A stretch of 63,748 nt of DNA, counting the filler, from Bigelowiella natans CCMP2755 (Eukaryota > Protista > Cercozoa): assembly GCA_000320545.1 (NCBI GenBank). It is 5 parts of 5 records of this genome, joined end to end, with 100 filler letters (N's around TTAATTAATTAA, not from the genome) between each part and the next. Parts side by side here need not be neighbours in the genome. Positions count along the whole stretch, not along the records: positions 50,725 to 60,772 come from ADNK01002155.1; positions 60,873 to 63,748 come from ADNK01001277.1; 3 more parts are not named here. The stretch is one strand, 5' to 3'. The position numbers were made by a program, and so were the translations under genes. Below the pieces are notes generated by a model that ran no database searches, was not told where the DNA came from, and saw only the letters and a program-made list of their open reading frames with translations. This document shows positions 55,030 to 63,748 of the stretch, in pieces (position 1 is the first letter of the stretch; every line of letters begins with the position of its first letter).

Positions 55030-56680
55030 AAGAGTGTGCATGTTGATGTTGCAGCAGGTGGACACGGAGATGTTCGCGAGGAGTACCTAGGACCAGAAAT
55101 ATACCATCCATTTCCCTGATGATACACCTTAGCAAATACATGCCACAAGAGTCAATTGATGACCAATAATTGTATTTCACATGGTTGCTTGGGCGGAGAG
55201 CATGGAGTGCTAGACGAACGCAATGATGCTTTACATACCCTGCTTCTGGCGGAAATCAGCGCAAGCAGGGAGGCCAACGACACCATAAGTGCCTTGGTGG
55301 TGTACATCTAGCATATACGTGGGTCCGAGATAGAGTCGACCGACCTAGAGTACGAGCACCGACAAAGTACCACGAAAACAGGTTTTCACAATCAGGAATA
55401 TCATCTGCCGATACTGGCACCCTCCTTATTCCTTGTTTCAACCTTCAAGAGGCTGCAGCCACTTTCTTCAGATCTTTGAGAGACCGGAAGAGAAAAGCTT
55501 TTAACGGAAGGGGTACAATCACGTTTAGTGGAGTATGGCTGGATTTGGGCATGTCGAAAGGAATCCTTCTTGCTCACCAATCTACGATGTTTTATCGGTT
55601 AAAATCATTCTGCTTTACACGTTCGTTTCATAAAATACTATCCTCTATTTCATCTCTACGTCATGGCCAAACACCAGTCACACGCAAATAATACATACTG
55701 CATAGATCTACCGGTACATGTACCTCACAGAAGAACAACAGTGCCCCAATTTCGAACATCGCAATTTTGGGATTGTATTATTCAGTTCTTTAATTTCGGA
55801 TACCAGACAATATCTTTCTTGCGTCATTTCTAGTCTGAGTATTTCCAGGATGGATTTCCCCTTTAACTTTGTCGTACTCGTATAAGTCTTTAAAAGGATG
55901 CAATTTTTCACCAGATTTAGAATTGTGTTCGCATATTCCGTTTATTGCTCCTGTCGGCGAATTCTTATATTAAAGCGGCCTCTGATATAGGGTTTGAGTC
56001 CCAGACTACGTGGGGACTGCCATTTCTTTCGGGACTCTCTTTATGTACTATTCACAAAGAATATCTTTTATTCATAGAGTACGTCAATGACTTTTTAATG
56101 ACAATCGCCGGCATTCATCAAGGAAAAGCATGCCAATATAGGAAGAATTGAGGACTATTTTTTATTTTATTATTTTCATCAAGATTACATGAATATTTTA
56201 CCCGTAATGTAAGCTAAAATATGTGAAATGAACTACAAATCTCTGTTAGCCCAACTCACTCTCCTCTCTCTTTACTACCTGATGCTTTCACGCAGACTGA
56301 AATCCCACAGATACGAAATTCCCCTCAAAATATCATGTATTCGAGCATAGAACGCTTCACATTTAAGTTCGATTGAAAAAAAACCGCGGTATTTTGTCCA
56401 TTGTGTAAAACTGTGTCTTACAACGTGTGAAAGAGACGAATCTTCACGGATAGAGATTCCCAAATAAGATTATCAATAGAGCGGCTAATAGAAATAAAAT
56501 AGAAAAATGTAGTACATTAATAAAAAATTTCGAGCATAATACGTTTCTTTAGGTTTAAACGGGACGCAATAGGATTCCGTGTTTGTCACCATAGGTCTGA
56601 TTTACCCTCAGATCTGACTCGTATCCCCACCAGTAGTAACAACACACAACTTTCACTAGAACACGCGGTACCCGTGACAT
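55030..56680 (-). CDS. Possible hypothetical multi-exon gene
   Basis: Several AG..GT bounded open blocks (LYEYDKVKGEIHPGNTQTRNDARKILS; SEESGCSLLKVETRNKE; DVHHQGTYGVVGLPACADFRQKQ). The model is not resolved. Confidence 0.35.
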
Positions 56681-56963
56681 CTTTTTCGAAAGAATATGTG
56701 ATTCTTTTGGGGGGCATCGTTCTCGTTTGTCAATGAAAATAAATAGAGAAATGTGGGTGTACAACATGGTCTCTATTGGGAGTTATAATGGGGGGAGGGG
56801 TGTTATTTTTCGTAGGTGATGGGCAGTAGCTCCTCCAGGATTTCTTTCCTTTTTCTTGAGAAAATGCGAGAGTCAAAAGAGAAAATAGCTTATTAAAGCC
56901 ACTTGGAAACATGTCCTTGAGTGTATTGCAAATCCACTAACTCCTGCACCCGTGATTTCAGAT

Positions 56964-58180
56964 ATGTCGATGACCACCCCCCTTCTCGCATCTATGATGA
57001 GCCCAAGGCCAAACATTCACGGAAAGAAGAGCCAGGGTCCTTTTGACCTCACCTACTATCTTAAAGGTGCTCTTGCTGGAGGTATCTGCTGCTCCATCAC
57101 ACACGGAGCCTTGTGCCCTGTAGACGTCGTGAAGACAAGGATTCAGCTCGAGCCCCTCAAGTACAACAGGGGTATGATCGCTGGATTCGGTCAGGTCATC
57201 GCTGAGGAAGGAGTTGGTGCTCTAGCCACCGGTCTCGGTCCTACTGTCGTTGGATACTTCATCCAGGGATGGTTCAAATTCGGCGGTGTCGAGTTCTTCA
57301 AGATCAACTTCGCTAATCAACTCGGAGAGGCGAAGGCGTGGGAGCTTCGCGTTCCTATCTACCTCGGGGCAGCTGCTTGCGCTGAGTTCATTGCGGACAT
57401 CTTCCTCTGTCCGCTTGAGGCAACCCGTATCCGTCTGGTTTCCAACCCTGAATACGCTAGCGGTCTCATTAGCGCATTCCCTAAGATCCTCGCAGAAGAC
57501 GGTCTGATCAAGGGTTTCTACTCTGGATTCGGTCCTATCCTTCTCAAGCAGATTCCGTACACCATGGCTAAGTTCGCCGTACAGGGTGTTGCAGCTGAGA
57601 ATATCTGTGCAGGTATAGTACTAGAAGTAGCTCTAGTTTCAAACGTGGGAAATTATCTGCTCTTCCCGTCATGCACATCATCCTCAATTCCCCTTCTCCT
57701 TTTTTTCAGCAACTGGAATCAACACCAACACAGCTTCTGAGGGAACCAAGCTCGCAGTTTCTCTTTCCTCTGGTGTGATTGCGGGTGTGGCTGCTGCCAT
57801 CATCTCTCACCCTGCAGACACCCTGCTCTCCCTCATCAACAAGGAGGGGGCCGGTGGAGAAGGAACCATCATGACTCGTCTTGGACGTCTAGCCTACGAA
57901 GTCGGATTCGTGAAGCTCTGCCTCACTGGTCTTGGTGCGCGATGTGTCATGATTGGATCCTTGACTGCAGGACAGTTCGGTATTTTCGATACCATCATGA
58001 CCCTCACTGGCGCTTCGAAGTTCAAGTTCACAAGTAGGAACACTAATTAACGTGGGCAGCATGTATGTATATTTATTCTAGCAACATGATTACGCAAGGA
58101 TTACCAATTCAGCCAATGGCCCTCTCTCTCCTCCCTAACGTCTTTCGTATTTTGTTCACTTTTCAGATCCTAACGAGTAG
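56964..58180 (+). CDS. Mitochondrial phosphate carrier (SLC25A3/Mir1/PiC family), 2 introns
   Basis: LAGGICCSITHGALCPVDVVKTRIQ, GYFIQGWFKFGGVEFFK, AEFIADIFLCPLEATRIR, KQIPYTMAKF, SHPADTLLS. Three carrier signature motifs; ends KFKFTNPNE*. Confidence 0.96.
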
Positions 58181-59230
58181 AAAGCAAGCGTTGGTCTTCA
58201 ATGAAAATAGAAGTGGCAGCCGGTAACAGATGCTATTAGCAATTTCCTCCAAAAAATTTTCATCCAAATGGCGGGATGGGCAAAGAAGCACGTGTCACCC
58301 AATCTAGCCCACAAGATTTAAGTCATCATCACATCATCTCGCGTTCTCTTTTAGTGTCTACGCTTGTGCTTCTTGCTTTGAATGTGTCTCTGTTCAATGT
58401 ATTTCACTATTACATGATGAATTTGTACTGCAACCAAAACATTGGCGACGAATTGCGCACATGCAATAATAATACTTCAATATGTGTGCACTGGATGTGT
58501 CCTGGATACAGTCTATGCTAGCTATGGATGCCTACGTACGTGCATGTGCACTATTGCATGGCAGATGTCATGGTCAGCTTTGGACAGTGTGAGATTGGAG
58601 GAATGATTAGGAATGCGACGACATGAAGCGAACAGGCGACAGCTCATGCTGAATGACAGCTGGATTGCTTGTTGGGCCAAATGTCATGCTTGCACATTGC
58701 ATCGGGCTGCTACTTGCTAGCTTGCCAAGATCAGCATTTAGTTGTTGGGTGGGAAAAAATGAAAGTCGAGACAGATCGATCCATGTCGCGATGAACAATA
58801 TGATCCACATGCTAGCACCATGTGCGCTTGGCTGCTGCAAGCACGCGTCCAAGTCTGCATCGCACAAGCGGAAGCCCTGTCACTCGAAACCAACGTCATC
58901 AGGCTACGTACATTCGCGATCATGAAACCGAAACAACGTGCATTTGATGACGATTGCATGAAACACATCACAGCGGAGACCAACAGATTTGATGTTACGT
59001 TGGCGCTGCAGCCGCTGCATTGTACAGCCACATGAGGATGACCATTTGTACAAATTCAATTTGATTGATCACATCCGTCTTGCACGACACACACACACAT
59101 GTGTGTGTATGTGTGCGTGTTTGTGCAATGTGCACACCATGGCCTCTACGTTTGTCATGATATTTTGCTACGCAAGACCAGAAAGCTTCAATATCTGGAC
59201 AAAATCTTTTGCGGATCCAGGTTGCCCATC

Positions 59231-59998
59231 TCAAACTTGTAGCGTTCTTCTTGCTGCCGGTAGGCGTCGAGCAGTTTCTGCAACAAGTATGAGCAGCGCA
59301 TTACGGGAAGGTGCAAAAATCGGACTCTGGTCATGCTCTATCGCCAAGTGTGATTCATAATGACACATCCTTAGTTCAATTCGGTGAAGACAGAAGTCTA
59401 CATCGTGGAAAATCGAAAGTAGCAAATTGTCCTTCTCACACACCAAATTAAACATATCGAGTGAACCATAGAATACCTCCATTTGTCGGAGCTGTCTCTG
59501 CTTCTTCTCCCTCACCAATCCGCGACGATGCTGACTTAACGCCTTCGCGTTCAACTTCTCCGCACGTGTGCGTTGCGAGAGCCTCTCCTGGTAGACATCG
59601 ATGCCGGTGAGACAGGGATCGTTGGATATGACGAAGCAAGATGTTACGTGTTGTGGAACGGATGAAAATTATAGAATATATGTGATGTTTTAGTACGGTT
59701 CTTCCCTTTAACAGGAAGTGCGAAAAGCATATTGGAGGGGGGGATATTTGTTCGAACATTGCACACACCTCCATGATGGATTGCTGATCCTTGAGATATT
59801 TGATCATTGCTTCTTTTATTACTAGCTCGCGGTCCATCAGCCGTGCCACCTTTTGTGTGTAAAAACCATGGATAAATCCAAGCGCACACGCACGCATATA
59901 TTTATACAAAGGAAGCTTCAAGTGTATGTGTGTGTGTGCGTGCGTGTGCGTGTGATTCCTTTTGTTTTTTGGATATATGCAAGAAAGAGAGTAGCGGT

Positions 59999-60030
<32 letters not shown>

Positions 60031-60357
60031 CAGAGACCAAACAAACCAACGTAAGAGGCGTTGGAACCAAAAAAGCGAAAAAAAGCATTCATTCGGTATG
60101 TTTGCGGTAGACTTTGTCTCCCATTCTATCCCTTCCCTACCTCCTCCTTAAACATCCGTCTGTAGTCGCGAGTAGCGAGTTGTTGTCCTTGTATAGCCGC
60201 TTTGAATAGGTGCCGAACAGCCTGAACGTCGATATTGACAAGAAAGCACAATGAAGAGGAGAAGGAAGGAGATGCGTGATAAGAAACAGCTATCATTTGC
60301 AGGAAAAGATAAAATGTGGAGGGGTTTTGTCTCCTCAGAGAGCTGCAAACACGACAG

Positions 60358-60388
<31 letters not shown>

Positions 60389-60700
60389 CCTGTCCTCCCA
60401 CCGTAGCCTTCGTTTCTCCTTCTTCTCAAGCTCGCTCTTTATGCGATTTCGAAAGATGTGTTGGAAGTGGCCTGCGCGTAGAGTCATATTGTTGTTATTG
60501 TTAGAAGGGAGCGAGAAGTGGGAGAGGAAGCATGCGTGGATGTTGGTACGTGGTCCCCTCGTCATCACGACGTGTTTTCCCTCTCCCCCCCCCCCCCCCC
60601 CCCCATGGGGGACGATTTTTTGTGGGGGGACGCAGTTTTCTTGGCCCTCATGTTTCTCTGGGTGTCCAAAGCGGGAGATTGCTACCTATGAGACGACTTG
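59231..60700 (-). CDS. Hypothetical multi-exon protein, 3' portion
   Basis: Exons GHFQHIFRNRIKSELEKKEKRRLRWEDR|AVRHLFKAAIQGQQLATRDYRRMFKEE|VARLMDRELVIKEAMIKYLKDQQSIME|...QERLSQRTRAEKLNAKALSQ... Confidence 0.6.
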
Positions 60701-60772
60701 ACCTTGTACTAATGAGAAGTACGTTTTTACCTTAGGGGCGAAGTTTGGGTGGAGGTGTGAAATGAAATACTC

Positions 60773-60872
60773 NNNNNNNNNNNNNNNNNNNNNNNNNNNN
60801 NNNNNNNNNNNNNNNNTTAATTAATTAANNNNNNNNNNNNNNNNNNNNNNNNNNNNNNNNNNNNNNNNNNNN
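60773..60872. other. Assembly gap with artificial linker
   Basis: N-TTAATTAATTAA-N, 100 nt. Confidence 0.97.
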
Positions 60873-60889
60873 GGAAGGAGATCTACATA

Positions 60890-61023
60890 CCTGATATATC
60901 CCCTTCCCCCCTCTGAAGTTCTCCTCGCTTCATCGGCCCAAAATCAGCAGCAAACCATTGAATTACATACGCATTTCACCCAGACGCACAAGCTCGCATT
61001 AAATATACTTTATATGAGGATGT

Positions 61024-61059
<36 letters not shown>

Positions 61060-61615
61060 ATACGCGATGAGGAACGCAGGCGAGCGAATGTCTCCTCTAG
61101 CTCCTCCTCATAGGCAAAAACGGTTGCGCTGTCGGAGAAAGCTGAGAGTGCACTTTCAAGAACGGAACGGGCCTTTCCAAATAGTAGTAGTAGTAGTAGT
61201 AGTAGTAGAAGTAGACAACAACGTTCCCACAAAAGAAAAGCCCTTCATCATCAACTCTCTTCCGAGAAACACATTCGTACACTTGCACACGCACACGCAC
61301 ACGCACACGCACACGCACACACACACGCACACGCACACGCACACGCACACGCACACGCGGCGCGCATGCGTACTTCCTGCAGTGTACTGGGAGCAGGTGG
61401 CATCTTTGTCGTTGTTGTCGTTTCTACACAGCTGGGAACGAGGTATGGATGTTGATGTCCTACAGTACAAAGCAAGATTATGAGAGATTTAGCGAGTAGT
61501 CTGGTTCTACATATTTATACATATATGAGCTAAGGATCCTATTTTATCACAAATATATCCGTTTAACCAAGATTATTCGGCATGAACCATTCCCAGTAGG
61601 AACACTGCGTGCGTT

Positions 61616-61650
<35 letters not shown>

Positions 61651-62135
61651 CCTCATTATTATGTTGGGGATGATGTTTGGTGATTCATCCATCCATCTTC
61701 ACGGCTAACACATCCTACCCACCAACCCACCCTCTAGAATGGCCGCCATCCTTTGAAAGATTTGCCCATTCCTCAGCGGATTCTGCATTTAGAGTTGTTC
61801 ATCATCATCATCTTCTTCTTCATCATCACCATCATCATGTTCGTTGTGTAGTTGTAATCATCGTCCCCTTGATGATACGCACAAGCAGGTAGTAGTACAT
61901 GCATCGATGTGAAAGTAGATATATCCTCTCTTCCTTATGGATAACCCACGAGATCAGCTTATCCCCCCTCTTTCTTCTTCTTTCTCCTGTGGAGGAGAGA
62001 GAGGTTCATTTCTTACCTGTAGAATGCCGATGTTCCGACTGGGAAGGGGCAGCGGAAGGTTCAGCGTTAGCAGAAATTCCTTGGCTCTTTCCTGGCAAAG
62101 AGTCCATTGTTTCAGTGTTCCAATATGCAATTATA

Positions 62136-62178
<43 letters not shown>

Positions 62179-62612
62179 GTATATATAATTCGTCAACATT
62201 ACTCAATATATATAAGTAAGATGATCTTGATGATGATCATGATGATGATGGATTCTTCAGAGCATAGAGCAAAGCGAACCTCCTCTTCGGTGACGTCTGT
62301 GAGAATAGGGATGGGACCGCGATTGATTTCACCGTAGCGGTATGATATCGCACATTAGAGGAGTAGAAGTATAGCAAAGCACATGATTTTTATTAGATGG
62401 GGCTTTTTATGCATGGTTGCCACTACTCTGACTATACAGACTATTGTGTGAATATCATCAACAAAAGGGGTGGGGTCTCCAGACGTTATATCACAGGCAG
62501 CAGCAGCAGCATAAATACATCGGTCTTCGCTATTCTTAAGACTCTATACCCAGGCACCAACGTGTCATTTAAACAGCCCGGTATTAAGTAAAGGCATTCA
62601 TTAAATATATAC

Positions 62613-62659
<47 letters not shown>

Positions 62660-63600
62660 TCGAGAAGCTCATCCTACCATCGTTGTTGGACGGAATTCGC
62701 ATGCCTCTATGGCTATTCTTAACGACAGTAGAAGTATCTTGATTGGCCTCAGCATGAAGGTTGTGAGGAGTGAATCCCAGCAGCTCCCCGTAAGGAACAA
62801 CAAATTTCTCCGCGCTGCGAGAATCTACGGTAAAATTTGCACACGTCGGTGACAAGGGGGAGAGAAGAAATGAAGAAGAAGAAGAAGAAGAAGAAGAGGT
62901 AACATCGAGATGTTCTCCTACGAGCGCCTTCTAAATTTCCTCCCCAGCCCTCCCCCCCCCCCCTCTCTCTCTTTATTTATTCGTTGTTTGCAAATAAAAG
63001 CTCTCATGAAGCATGCGCACGAGCAGGAAAAACCGTCGTCCCTTCTACTTCGTCGGTTTCCTCGTATTTGAGCGTACCCTGCGACTGTTGCTCCTTCCCA
63101 GCCCCCTCCTTTCTCTTCTTCAGTAACGTATATGAGGCGTTTGGCGGAGAGGAGACACTAGCCTGCTGACCCACAGATTCCTCCTTCTCTCGTCGCCACC
63201 TTCCTACCGCTCCGGTAGCGTATTTATCATCGTAATCTGAGCTCTTTCTTCGGGTCGTGTTTCCGGTCTTTATAATCTCCTTCTTCTGCTTCTTCTTTGT
63301 ATTCTTTGTCTTCTTCACACTCTGCTTCAGAGATATACCTCGTCCACCGCTCAAATGGCTCCTCTCATATTGCCGTGGTGATTGCTGATGATTCTGTGGA
63401 AGTCCCTCGCCGCTGCGCAGCATCGTTCTTAATGGCGCATAGGCGTGGTAAAGGTCGCACAGAAGCCTTGGCGGTGTGAAACCGAGAAGGTGCAATCCAT
63501 ACAAAATGAAAGAAGGGGGGGGGGGAGGGGTAGGAATAATTAGTCGCACATGAACAGCATGCTTGATCATCATCAACATCGTCCCCAGGTAATGATGCAA
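60890..63600 (-). CDS. Internal part of a hypothetical multi-exon protein, possibly with HAT/TPR-like helices
   Basis: Long open exon at ~63030-63490 and exon GKARSVLESALSAFSDSATVFAYEEELEETFARL. Confidence 0.5.
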
Positions 63601-63618
63601 GAGACGAGGATGGTAGAG

Positions 63619-63668
<50 letters not shown>

Positions 63669-63748
63669 GGAGAGAGGGGGGGGGGGGGGGGAAAAAAATT
63701 TTTCTATACATAACCCGCTCTTAGTATGCGCGTTCCAGACGCCACGCG

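Noticed and set aside
55100-56400. Retrotransposon relic
   Set aside because: No RT, integrase or transposase motifs or terminal repeats seen. The blocks look like spliced exons.

Overview
Eukaryotic nuclear DNA made of five contig pieces joined by artificial 100-nt N/TTAATTAATTAA linkers. It is intron-dense (GT-AG) and microsatellite-rich. A signal+transit peptide on an OPR-like protein suggests a protist with a complex plastid, possibly chlorarachniophyte-like (inference only). Most ORF-track entries are spurious, so genes were rebuilt by hand across exons. They include a CaMK-type kinase, FolC (DHFS/FPGS), a YqeH/NOA1 GTPase, a Trm9/ALKBH8-type methyltransferase, an F-box/WD40 protein, a ~14-kb OPR-like repeat gene, an ankyrin protein, an aldo-keto reductase, UBC9, a J-domain/TPR protein, a mitochondrial phosphate carrier and several hypothetical genes. 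The most striking pattern is that genes alternate strand almost strictly, and several tail-to-tail spacers are strongly TpA-depleted and CpA/TpG-rich while keeping CpG. Copies of a ~60-bp repeat in these spacers differ as TA/TG/CA at the same positions. This suggests a localized TpA->CpA/TpG mutational process, the reverse of fungal RIP, possibly driven by a modified base at termination zones. Many introns also carry mutually complementary trinucleotide tracts in their 5' and 3' halves.
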